NCBI RefSeq assembly: GCF_016342705.1
Contig: NZ_JAEINV010000006.1
Location: 103,344 to 167,343, forward strand
Origin: Lutibacter sp.
GTDB lineage: Bacteria; Bacteroidota; Bacteroidia; Flavobacteriales; Flavobacteriaceae
DNA: 64,000 nt
Reading direction: 5' to 3'
Under the pieces are notes generated by a model. It was not told the DNA's origin, made no database searches, and saw only the letters and a list, made by a program, of their open reading frames with translations. The position numbers and the translations under genes are program-made. Numbering within the stretch: position 1 is the first letter of the stretch; each line of letters opens with the position of its first letter. Positions 42,775 through 52,226 of the stretch are shown here, piece after piece.

Positions 42775-44361
42775 ATGAGTTTTTTAAAAGAAATACAACG
42801 CAGAAGAACCTTTGGTATTATTTCGCATCCCGATGCTGGTAAAACTACACTAACAGAAAAATTATTATTATTTGGTGGTGCTATACAAGAAGCAGGAGCC
42901 GTAAAAAGTAATAAAATTAAAAAAGGTGCCACTTCCGATTTTATGGAAATTGAGCGTCAACGTGGTATTTCTGTAGCTACATCTGTATTAGCTTTTATTT
43001 ATAAAGATAAAAAAATAAATATTTTAGATACGCCTGGGCATAAAGATTTTGCTGAAGATACTTTTAGAACATTAACAGCTGTTGATAGTGTAATTGTTGT
43101 AATTGACGTTGCAAAAGGTGTGGAAGAACAAACTGAAAAGTTGGTAGAAGTTTGTAGAATGCGAAAAATTCCAATTATTGTTTTTATCAATAAAATGGAC
43201 CGTGAAGGTAAAGATGCTTTTGATTTAATGGATGAAGTTGAACAAAAACTTGGTTTAACTGTAACGCCTTTAAGTTTCCCTATTGGTATGGGTTACGATT
43301 TTAAAGGAATTTATAATATTTACGAAAAGAAAATAAATTTATACTCTGGCGATAACAAACAAACGGTTTCAAAAGGTGTTGAATTTACTGATATTACAAC
43401 TCCTGAACTAGATAAAATTATTGGCGCTAAAGCTGCTGAAACATTACGAGAAGAATTAGAAATTATTCATGAAGTATATCCTGACTTTGATAAAGAAGAA
43501 TATTTAAAAGGTAATTTACAACCAGTATTTTTTGGTTCGGCCTTAAATAACTTTGGAGTAAAGGAATTGTTAGATTGTTTTATTGAAATTGCACCATCAC
43601 CTCAACCAAAAATGTCTGAGGAACGTTTGGTAGATTCTAAAGAAGAAACTTTAACAGGTTTTGTGTTTAAGATTCACGCAAATATGGATCCTAACCATAG
43701 AAACAGAATTGCCTTTGTTAAAATTGTTTCAGGAATGTTTAAAAGAAACGTTCCTTATTTACATGTTCGCCAAGGTAAAAAGTTGAAATTCTCTAGTCCA
43801 AATGCGTTTTTTGCTGAAAAGAAAGAAATTGTGGATGAATCATACCCTGGAGATATTGTTGGGTTGCCAGATACTGGACATTTTAAAATTGGAGACACAC
43901 TTACCGAAGGAGAACAACTCAACTTTAAAGGTATTCCAAGTTTTTCACCAGAACATTTCCGATATGTTAATAATGCCGATCCTTTAAAAGCTAAACAATT
44001 ATTTAAAGGTTTAGACCAATTAATGGATGAAGGTGTTGCTCAATTATTTACCTTAGATATTAATGGTAGAAAAGTTGTTGGAACTGTTGGAGCCTTACAA
44101 TTTGAAGTTATTCAATACCGTTTAGAACATGAATACAACGCTAAATGTAGTTATGAAAACCTTTCTGTTCATAAAGCATGTTGGGTTCAACCAGAAAATC
44201 CAAAAAGTGAAGAGTTTAAAGAATTTAAACGCGTAAAACAACGTTATTTAGCAACTGATAAACAAGGCCAATTAGTGTTTTTGGCAGATTCTGCTTTTTC
44301 AATTCAAATGACTCAGCAAAAATACCCAACAGTAAAGTTGCATTTTACCAGCGAATTTTAA
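42775..44361 (+). CDS. prfC: Peptide chain release factor 3
   Basis: RRTFGIISHPDAGKTT, DTPGHKDF, GALQFEV. Confidence 0.97.
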   Translation: MSFLKEIQRRRTFGIISHPDAGKTTLTEKLLLFGGAIQEAGAVKSNKIKKGATSDFMEIERQRGISVATSVLAFIYKDKKINILDTPGHKDFAEDTFRTLTAVDSVIVVIDVAKGVEEQTEKLVEVCRMRKIPIIVFINKMDREGKDAFDLMDEVEQKLGLTVTPLSFPIGMGYDFKGIYNIYEKKINLYSGDNKQTVSKGVEFTDITTPELDKIIGAKAAETLREELEIIHEVYPDFDKEEYLKGNLQPVFFGSALNNFGVKELLDCFIEIAPSPQPKMSEERLVDSKEETLTGFVFKIHANMDPNHRNRIAFVKIVSGMFKRNVPYLHVRQGKKLKFSSPNAFFAEKKEIVDESYPGDIVGLPDTGHFKIGDTLTEGEQLNFKGIPSFSPEHFRYVNNADPLKAKQLFKGLDQLMDEGVAQLFTLDINGRKVVGTVGALQFEVIQYRLEHEYNAKCSYENLSVHKACWVQPENPKSEEFKEFKRVKQRYLATDKQGQLVFLADSAFSIQMTQQKYPTVKLHFTSEF

Positions 44362-44497
44362 TAAATATTGTTTTTTATAAAATAATTACTATCTTTATAA
44401 TTACCTTATTATCAGTAATATAAATTACTGTTTTCAATTTTAAGAAATTTGTACATTATTTTATTGAAACTTTTTACTAATTATTAAAATTACTTTT

Positions 44498-44716
44498 ATG
44501 AAAAACAAGTTGCTTTATTTCGGTTTGATTATTGGAATTAGTGTTGGAGCTTTTTTACTTTCTGCTGACAAAGTAGACGTATGTCATGTGCCTCCAGGAA
44601 ATCCTGAAAACGCTCATACAATTAATATTGCTCGTGTAGCTGCATATGTCCACATTGCATTACATGAAGGAGATACAATGGGTGCTTGTGGATCTAATGA
44701 AGGTCCTGAAAGATAA
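44498..44716 (+). CDS. Small exported protein with CHxPPGN..H..HxGD..GxC motif
   Basis: 72 aa; signal/TM then KVDVCHVPPGNPENAHTINI..H..HEGDTMGAC. Confidence 0.65.
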   Translation: MKNKLLYFGLIIGISVGAFLLSADKVDVCHVPPGNPENAHTINIARVAAYVHIALHEGDTMGACGSNEGPER

Positions 44717-44926
44717 TTTTTTTGTAAAACTTTATTTAGATTACTTTGCTTATTAATAATAAGCTAAGAATTATTGTGTCAAAATTTAATAGAATAATAT
44801 ATCCGATGCTTTAATAAATTGGTAATTTATGAACCTAATAAATTACAAAATTTAAAGTAATTAACTCTATTTTTTAATGCATAATAGTTAAACCTATTAA
44901 ATTTTCAAAAATTCTGTCATAAAATA

Positions 44927-45790
44927 TCATTCTTTAGCGCCATGGCTTTTTGCAATTTCTATCCAATGTTCAGAAATGCCTTTTGTATCAGCTCCTAATC
45001 CTCTAGATAAATGCAATGCTACTCCAATCATTAAAACAGATGCATTATGAAGTTCTTGAAGTGTTTGTACGTTTCCAAATTCTTCCTGCGCTTTTAACAG
45101 TAGTAATTCATTGTGTTTTTGCGCAAAAGTAATAGGGTTCTCATTTTCTTGTATTGCAGGTATCATTAAAGAGTCTATCCAATCTTGGCCTATTCTTTCT
45201 ACTAATAACTCTGGAGGTTCATTTCCTATTTCTCTCCATACTTTTAGTGTTTTTGTATCTCCAGATTCTGCTAATCCTGAGTCTAAAAGTAACTCAAAAC
45301 CTATATCCGCTATGTTTTGCATTACTAATAAATATTCATCTTGAGCTTTTTCAAATTGCACTGCTTCCTGTCCTTTTATATACTCGCCTACACTCAATTT
45401 AGGTAATTCTAACACTTCCGAGCAATCATTTAAACAAGGAAATTGATCTCCTTGATACATATAATGCGCTTTATTAAATTGTATGTAACGCCCTAATGGA
45501 TACAATCGACATGCTAATGGGCGACCTAAGTGAACGCTACAACCCACGTTTTCAATATATTGACTACATGCTAATTGTCCTTTTTTATCTGGCTTTCCGT
45601 TAAAGCGCAATCGGATCCCTCCAAATTCACAATAAAGATCCCGAAAATCCCTAGGAGTCATTTTTTTTTCACTACTAAATTTTAACAACTCCCATGGGTT
45701 TAGCATTACGGCTTTACCAAAACAGCATGTGCCAGATCGGGAGCATGTAAGCGTCAATATACTTTGAGCACTGAGTTTAGTTCTTTGCAT
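44927..45790 (-). CDS. YkgJ-family cysteine-cluster protein (long form)
   Basis: CSRSGTCC ... C..Y...GC.VH..RP.ACRLYP. Confidence 0.8.
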   Translation of the reverse strand: MQRTKLSAQSILTLTCSRSGTCCFGKAVMLNPWELLKFSSEKKMTPRDFRDLYCEFGGIRLRFNGKPDKKGQLACSQYIENVGCSVHLGRPLACRLYPLGRYIQFNKAHYMYQGDQFPCLNDCSEVLELPKLSVGEYIKGQEAVQFEKAQDEYLLVMQNIADIGFELLLDSGLAESGDTKTLKVWREIGNEPPELLVERIGQDWIDSLMIPAIQENENPITFAQKHNELLLLKAQEEFGNVQTLQELHNASVLMIGVALHLSRGLGADTKGISEHWIEIAKSHGAKE

Positions 45791-45936
45791 TTCTATATAA
45801 TACTTTGTGCCTTACATCAATTTAATGATAAAATTACTGGAGTTTTTAACATAAATTAATTTTTGAAAAATAATTAAATATAACATCATACAATTGCATA
45901 CGGTTTAACTGTAAATCAATTACAATTTAAACGGAA

Positions 45937-46704
45937 CTACATATTGTATACGCCTCCATTTATGTCTAGTGTAGCACCTGTTATAAAACCGTCGTATTCA
46001 GATGCCAAAAATAAAACTGCACGCGCTACATCATCTGCATTACCTGCGCGTTGAATTGGAATACCAGCTGTTGTTGCAGCGGCTGATTCTTCTGTTGTAT
46101 GCGTATTATGAAATGAAGTTCCTAAGATAAGACCTGGAGCAACCGCATTAACTCTTATGCCTTGAGGTCCTAATTCTGCAGAAAGAGCTCTTGTAAGGGT
46201 TAGGATTGCTCCTTTACTTGTAGAATAAGCTAAAGACCCTGGATGACCTCCTTTGCGTCCAGCCAGCGATGCTAAATTTACAATACTGCTATTGTCATTT
46301 TTTGCAAGATATGAAGATGCTGCCCTAGTTACAAGCATCATAGATGTAAGATTAATGTCCATCACCTTATGCCAGAAATCAGACTCCATTTCGCTTAGCA
46401 TTTTACGCGCAACAAGTGAACCTGCATTGTTAATTAATATATCTAAACTACCTAATACTTCTACTGTTTTTACTACCAATGCATTCGCATCGGCTTCTTT
46501 TGTTAAGTCACCACTTATAGCAACCGCTTTTTGTCCTTTGCTAATTGCATATTTTGTTAATTCGTTTGCGGTATCTGCACTGGAAAAATAATGAATCGCA
46601 ACATTGGCTCCGCTATCAATAAAGTGTTTGGTGATTGATTCTCCAATTCCTTGAGCGCCAGCAGTTATAAGAACGTTTTTTCCAGTTAATTTAATGTTTT
46701 TCAT
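45937..46704 (-). CDS. SDR family oxidoreductase
   Basis: TAGAQGIG, NNAG, YSTSK, NAVAPG, DINGG. Confidence 0.9.
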   Translation of the reverse strand: MKNIKLTGKNVLITAGAQGIGESITKHFIDSGANVAIHYFSSADTANELTKYAISKGQKAVAISGDLTKEADANALVVKTVEVLGSLDILINNAGSLVARKMLSEMESDFWHKVMDINLTSMMLVTRAASSYLAKNDNSSIVNLASLAGRKGGHPGSLAYSTSKGAILTLTRALSAELGPQGIRVNAVAPGLILGTSFHNTHTTEESAAATTAGIPIQRAGNADDVARAVLFLASEYDGFITGATLDINGGVYNM

Positions 46705-46954
46705 GCTTTTTTATATAAATAGAGTTGATAATTGTATTGAAAACACTACTTATGGTTATCTACAATGCAATATTTCTACAAATATAATAAAACAATACAC
46801 TTATTGTTACCTATGTTATTTTATAAAATTAGCAATTTTTCAGATTTTCCAATGAAGTGAATTATTTTTAATACTGCAATTCGTTTTATTTTAGAAGCAC
46901 GACAATTTGTTAAATAACGCAACTTAATTATTATTTTAATATACATTCATGAAT

Positions 46955-48364
46955 TTACATACCCATAACTTTCTGAATTGTTTTAGGTAAATCTGTGTTG
47001 TCGAAGTATTTTGAGAATTCTTCTTGGCCTGTTCCTATAACTCTAACTGGAACTGGCATACCAGAATGATCACTTGACCCCCAACTTATTCCCGCCTTTT
47101 GATTCAATATATAAGCTGCTGTTTCGGCAATTGATTTCACTACATTTATACTTAAATAATCTGCATCTGCGTTAACTTTCTTATTTTCTTTAAACTGATG
47201 TTCATAGGCAACTTTTAATAAATCTAACTCCTTAGCATCTAACGCCAATCCTATTTCACTATTACCTAAGCCAAAATCTGTCTGTATTAAATCTAAAAGC
47301 GTCTCAAATGAAACTTCTGGATCCGTATTTTTAAGTTCTGTCATTTTTCTTTTAAATTCCTGAACCGAAATTTTCTGGTATTTCAACATTTCAGGGTGTA
47401 TCGCATAGTTTATTCCTGTAAACATAGATCCAGTTTCGTGGTCAGCCGTAACTATTATTAATGTTTCATTAGGTTGTTTTTTATAAAACTCATAAGCAAC
47501 TTTAATAGCGTCGTTAAAAGCAAGTACTTCATGAACCATAGCTACGCCATCATTTCCATGACAAGCCCAATCAATTTTACCGCCTTCTATCATCATAAAA
47601 AAGCCCTTATCATTATCCATCACCTCAATGCCTTTTTTTGTAAAATCAGCAAGAGCAAGAGCACCTTCTTTTTTATCAATAGCCCAATAAAACTCACCTA
47701 AAGGATACCTTTCAGGGTTGATTGCTATTATTTTTTCATCTCCATTTTTTAATTTATTAATTTCCTCTTGAGAATCTGCAATTGTATAGCCTTTATTTAT
47801 TGCATTTTCATACGAATCTGGTTGGTCTCCTTTTTCCCCTTTTGGATAATGGAAACCTCCGCCCCCAAAATAATCAATATTATAATTGGGTAACTCCATG
47901 CTAATTTCATAATACATATTACGAGAGTTTTGATGTGCATAAAATGCTGCTGGAGTAGCGTGATCTATCATTACACTAGATAGAATCCCAACTTTAAAAC
48001 CGGCTTTTTTTGCTTTTTCAGATATGTTTTCATACGCTATTTTCTCGTCGGGTGATTTTCCTATGATTCCATTGTTAGTTTTAAACCCTGTAGACATTGC
48101 AGTTGCCGCTGCACACGAAGCAGTAACAAAAGAATTGGCAGAAAAAGTGGTCATATTTGAGCTTACCGGAAAACTGTTCATTAAAAGTCTATCCACTTTA
48201 ATTTCGTCTGCCTTTGCATTTAAATACATTTCGGTAGTATAAATTTGATTGACCCCCATACCATCTCCAATAAACAGAAATACATATTTTGCATTGGGTG
48301 TATTTTGGCTATATACCATAGCCCCAAAAAAGGCCATTGTTATTACTATAATTTTTTTAAACAT
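46955..48364 (-). CDS. Alkaline phosphatase
   Basis: FIGDGMG, VTASCAAATA, HATPA, MIEGGKIDWACH, TADHETG, DH. Confidence 0.9.
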   Translation of the reverse strand: MFKKIIVITMAFFGAMVYSQNTPNAKYVFLFIGDGMGVNQIYTTEMYLNAKADEIKVDRLLMNSFPVSSNMTTFSANSFVTASCAAATAMSTGFKTNNGIIGKSPDEKIAYENISEKAKKAGFKVGILSSVMIDHATPAAFYAHQNSRNMYYEISMELPNYNIDYFGGGGFHYPKGEKGDQPDSYENAINKGYTIADSQEEINKLKNGDEKIIAINPERYPLGEFYWAIDKKEGALALADFTKKGIEVMDNDKGFFMMIEGGKIDWACHGNDGVAMVHEVLAFNDAIKVAYEFYKKQPNETLIIVTADHETGSMFTGINYAIHPEMLKYQKISVQEFKRKMTELKNTDPEVSFETLLDLIQTDFGLGNSEIGLALDAKELDLLKVAYEHQFKENKKVNADADYLSINVVKSIAETAAYILNQKAGISWGSSDHSGMPVPVRVIGTGQEEFSKYFDNTDLPKTIQKVMGM

Positions 48365-48639
48365 ACTTATTTATTTTTATATTCATTTTTTGTTAAAAAA
48401 TAGGTCTTTCTGTGAGGTCCTGCTCCTTATTTGTTTTGTTTTTTTGAATACATATTTTAGGTAAATTTACAATTAATTGAAAAATTTGAATGACACTAAA
48501 TAAGCTTATTTATGTTTCATTTGTTGCAGTAGTAAATTTTAATAGGTTTTTAAAAAGTATTCTGAAGATTTTTAGTTGAGAACAAATTGATAGTTATATG
48601 TCTGTTGAATATTTATCATTTAATCCATTTAACGCTTAG

Positions 48640-49287
48640 TTATAGAATCTGAATTAAATCTACAGGATTACTTAATAAATATTTAGCTCCATTTGAAATC
48701 AATTCTTCTTTTGGTCTAAAACCCCATAATACGCCTACTGCAAACATATTTGCATTATTTGCAGTTTGCATATCAATACCAGTATCTCCTATGTAAATTA
48801 TTTCTTCAGGTTTTATTGCTAAGGTTTTACTTATTTCTACTGCTACAAATGGATTTGGTTTTTTAAGTTTTTCATTACTCAAACCAACTACTGGATTAAA
48901 ATAGTTAGGAAATAAAGCATGTGTAATTTTCTTAGTAAACTCATCAGACTTATTTGATAATACACTTAGTTTAATATTGCGAGAAATTAAGTTGTCAAGT
49001 AATTCTATAATTCCATCATATGGTTTTGTTTTACGAGTACAATTATCGCGATATACTTCAATCATAGCATGGAAACAACAATCAATTTGTTTTTCATTAT
49101 TATGTGCTAATGGTAGGGATTTACTTACAAGACTTCTAATTCCACTACCAATAAAACTTTGATGTTCTTCATAGCTATGAGTAGGGTAACCATAGCTTTG
49201 AAGCACCATATTCATTGAATCTGCAATATCTTGAAGTGAATTAACTAGTGTTCCGTCTAAATCAAAAATAACTCCTTTAACCTTCAT
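48640..49287 (-). CDS. HAD family hydrolase
   Basis: FDLDGTL, LSNK, KKPNP, YIGDTGID. Confidence 0.9.
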   Translation of the reverse strand: MKVKGVIFDLDGTLVNSLQDIADSMNMVLQSYGYPTHSYEEHQSFIGSGIRSLVSKSLPLAHNNEKQIDCCFHAMIEVYRDNCTRKTKPYDGIIELLDNLISRNIKLSVLSNKSDEFTKKITHALFPNYFNPVVGLSNEKLKKPNPFVAVEISKTLAIKPEEIIYIGDTGIDMQTANNANMFAVGVLWGFRPKEELISNGAKYLLSNPVDLIQIL

Positions 49288-49345
49288 TTTTCAATTTTTT
49301 ATATTCATTGAATATTATAAACTTTCATATTATCCTTTTGGTATA

Positions 49346-49472
49346 TTTCCCAATAAGATTTGTGCATTTGGAAAATCGGAGATTTTTCTGCCGTAGCAAA
49401 TCGTTAGTTGAATGTTTGTCGTTAATGTTAGTTCGAATGTAAGCATAAATTATATGAGTTGTTGTGCGTAGG
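49346..49472. repeat. attC-like element E1 (left end carries a 10-nt deletion)
   Basis: 102/108 nt identical to E2; TTTCCCAATAAGATTTGTGC equals the E3 left end minus CGTGATTTTA. Confidence 0.75.
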
Positions 49473-49479
49473 TTTTATT

Positions 49480-49893
49480 CTAAATTTTTGTTTTTAATTC
49501 ATTAATTCCCTCTTTCAGCTCTCTTATAAATTTATCAATATCATCATCTGGATAAACATAATATAAAGTGCAATTATTTTCTTCACATAATTGTTTTTTC
49601 CTTTCGTCTCTTTCTTGTCCTTTTTTGAATGCGGTTTCACCTCCGAAATATTCAATTGGTTTTTGATGCTGTGTGCCTTGATATTCAATTGCAATATTTA
49701 ATTCGGGAATGAATATATCAAAATGTTGCAAACCAAGCCATTTAGGTCTTCCGTGGTGAACTACAATATAATCTTTTAGAGTCTTTTTTATTTTATAATA
49801 TAATAGAGTTTCTGATATCCAACCTTCTCCAATTTTAGGTAATTCTCTTTCTTCTCTAATTTCATCTTCGATACTTCTAATCTTAAATTTCAC
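49480..49893 (-). CDS. PD-(D/E)XK / Vsr-like nuclease domain (probably C-terminal part of a frameshifted gene)
   Basis: HFDIFIPELNIAIEYQGTQH..RDERKK..C motif; its frame stays open 22 codons upstream of the GTG. Confidence 0.6.
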   Translation of the reverse strand: MKFKIRSIEDEIREERELPKIGEGWISETLLYYKIKKTLKDYIVVHHGRPKWLGLQHFDIFIPELNIAIEYQGTQHQKPIEYFGGETAFKKGQERDERKKQLCEENNCTLYYVYPDDDIDKFIRELKEGINELKTKI

Positions 49894-50678
49894 AATTTTG
49901 AAAAGAGGCGTGTGAGTTTCAGGTAAATCAATTTTATAATATTCAAAATTTTTTTGCCTATTTTACTAGGATAAAAACAAGGCAAATCATAACTATTGTA
50001 AGTTACTGCATTATGAGTATTGTTTCTATCCACTGTGGTCATATGATGACTGTCATCACCATAAAATTCCAATTTAGAATCTGTAACTCGCCAAAGATTT
50101 TTTTTATTTTTATAATCAATCGCAACTATTTTAGGAAATAGGTCTAACAAATAGTTTAGGAATTCTTTTCTCTTAAATTCTTCAAAAGTAAATTTCTCAA
50201 TGTTTGGGAAAAATTTATAATAATATTCATAATAAATACTAAACCCAGGAAATTGAGTAGACTCAAAGTGCTTTTCTAATTTATCATAGATATTTGTACT
50301 TATGTCTTTTTTAGAGAATTTATTATACCAAGGAATTATCGAGCTAATATTTAGAGTATATAAGACTTCATTATTAATTACATTTTTATTATATTTTCTT
50401 TCGTACCAATGATAAAACAACAGATTATTAGTTTCTTGAAACTGACGGTTTAATAAAGTGTTTTCTAATATAATTTCAAAAGTGTCTTTTGTTTTAGAAT
50501 GAAGCTGATTTATTAATTTATGCTCATCTAATAGACCAAAATATTTTAATTGTGCTTTATCGATTTTTTCAATAAAATCTTCCTCTGAAATAGCTAATCT
50601 TTTAGATGAATATTTAGGATAGTAAAATCCTTCCTTTAATTTAATTTCATCAGATATTTTTTGGTAATTAGTTGTCAA
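49890..50678 (-). pseudogene. N-terminal part of probable ~400-aa frameshifted cassette gene
   Basis: One extra A in the A7 tract (T7 at 49949-49955) fuses it in frame to 49480-49893. Confidence 0.5.
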
Positions 50679-50706
50679 TTTTATTTCATTTGAGTTTTTT
50701 TAACTT

Positions 50707-50840
50707 ACGCACAACGTGATTTTATATGATTTGTGCGACTGGAAAATCGGAGATTTTTCTGCCGTAGCAAATCGCTTGTTGAATGTTTGTCGTTAATGTT
50801 AGTTCGAATGTAAGCATAAATTATATAAGTTGTTGGCAGC
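50707..50840. repeat. attC-like element E2 (intact)
   Basis: CAAC..TTATATGATTTGTGC / GCATAAATTATATAA..GTTG imperfect inverted repeat, 134 bp, 2 nt from a stop codon. Confidence 0.8.
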
Positions 50841-50842
50841 TT

Positions 50843-51712
50843 TTAATTTTCTTCTAGTTCTTTTAATGGAGTTCCATTTTCTGTAATCCATTCGGTATAT
50901 CCGTTCGAATTTCTTCCTAAAATCATATTCGATGCGGCACTTGCGCTTGAAAAAATTGTATCCTCGACAAATTCGTAAAACTCTCCGTTGTCTCTTAAAA
51001 TCTTTGTGTCTAGCAATTTTTGTCTTAAAGTTCTATAAGTTATTGTACAAGATTTTGATAAATTTTTCTTTGCTTGAGATCCTTGAGTTACAATGAAACC
51101 TTGATTGGCAATGTACATATTTGCATTTATCTTACTGCTATTTATTTTTAATAGAATTTTCTTTTGTTCTTTAGTTGGCTCTTTTTCGGTTTGTTTTACA
51201 ATTGAAGATATTAAAAATCTAAAACCCATTACAGGCAAAATCAGTTTCAATTGGTCAAGAAAATATTCCATATCTGAAATATCTGCCTCGTGTAAAGTTG
51301 GTAGTGAAGGAGTTGTGTTATTTTCGATTTCGGCTGTTCTTGAATCAATCGCTAATTGAACTAATCTTGATTCTAAATATTTGATTTGAGTTTTTGTAAG
51401 TAAATCATCTTTGCTAATAAAGAAAATTAATTCTACGAAATCTTTCTTAGAATTCTGTAAATGTTGTTTAATTCTCGTTTTAACATTTTCAGCTTCTCCG
51501 ATATATATTTTTTCTTGAAATGAATCTGAATCCGAATTACTTTTTAAACAATAAATTCCAGGATTGTCGAATTCAGGTCTGTCAATAACTTGTGAAATCA
51601 TTGTTCTCGGAGAATAGAAAGCTTTTCCTACCCAATTTCCGATTTCTGCAATTCTCGGACCATATTCAGTTCCATCTAACATAAAAATCGTTAATTTCTT
51701 TCCTCTAGCCAT
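50843..51712 (-). CDS. GIY-YIG nuclease with C-terminal DUF4357
   Basis: PGIYCL..YIGEAE..RIKQH, YLESRL; F.S.SAAS..ILGRNSNG..EW. Confidence 0.8.
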   Translation of the reverse strand: MARGKKLTIFMLDGTEYGPRIAEIGNWVGKAFYSPRTMISQVIDRPEFDNPGIYCLKSNSDSDSFQEKIYIGEAENVKTRIKQHLQNSKKDFVELIFFISKDDLLTKTQIKYLESRLVQLAIDSRTAEIENNTTPSLPTLHEADISDMEYFLDQLKLILPVMGFRFLISSIVKQTEKEPTKEQKKILLKINSSKINANMYIANQGFIVTQGSQAKKNLSKSCTITYRTLRQKLLDTKILRDNGEFYEFVEDTIFSSASAASNMILGRNSNGYTEWITENGTPLKELEEN

Positions 51713-51756
51713 TTTTTTGTTTTTGAATTTATCTTTAAAGTTACACAGTTTTTATT

Positions 51757-51891
51757 ACTCCCAACGTGATTTTATAAGATTTGTGCGACATAAAAATCGT
51801 AGATTTTTCCGCCGTAACAATATTTTTATTGAATGTTTGCTAGTTTCTGCTAGTTCCAATTTAAGCAAAAAATTTATGCGGTATTAGTAAC
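51757..51891. repeat. attC-like element E3
   Basis: CAACGTGATTTTATAAGATTTGTGCGAC..AAAATC..AGATTTT as in E2; 135 bp; right core ATTAG. Confidence 0.7.
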
Positions 51892-52082
51892 GTTATCTTT
51901 TATTCAGACTCGTAGTTTTCAATTGTTTTTAAAAGTCTATATATTTCAACAATGACCTCAATTGACTGTTTAATTTCTTTTTTATGCGCATCAAATAGAC
52001 TTATATATTACAAACATTGAATTTATGTAATGTTATATTTATAAAATTTAAGTTTATTTATTCGCAATAAATTTTTTATCAG

Positions 52083-52196
52083 TTAGAACATATCTGTTTG
52101 AAATATACTCATATTAACAAACACTGTAATAAGTACTACCCAAATTATAGTAGCTAATAAAAAACCTACTATAAAACTAATCCTATTTGATTTCAT
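52083..52196 (-). CDS. 37-aa hydrophobic ORF in cassette C
   Basis: Manual translation MKSNRISFIVGFLLATIIWVVLITVFVNMSIFQTDMF; ATG 39 nt after element core. Confidence 0.35.
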   Translation of the reverse strand: MKSNRISFIVGFLLATIIWVVLITVFVNMSIFQTDMF

Positions 52197-52226
52197 TTTG
52201 TGTTTTTTTTATTTATTTTCAAAATT

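Noticed and set aside
44927-49287. HAD, alkaline phosphatase, SDR and ykgJ genes as further cassettes
   Set aside because: They are co-oriented with the array, but I found no element-like hairpin after their stop codons, and their intergenic gaps are promoter-sized.
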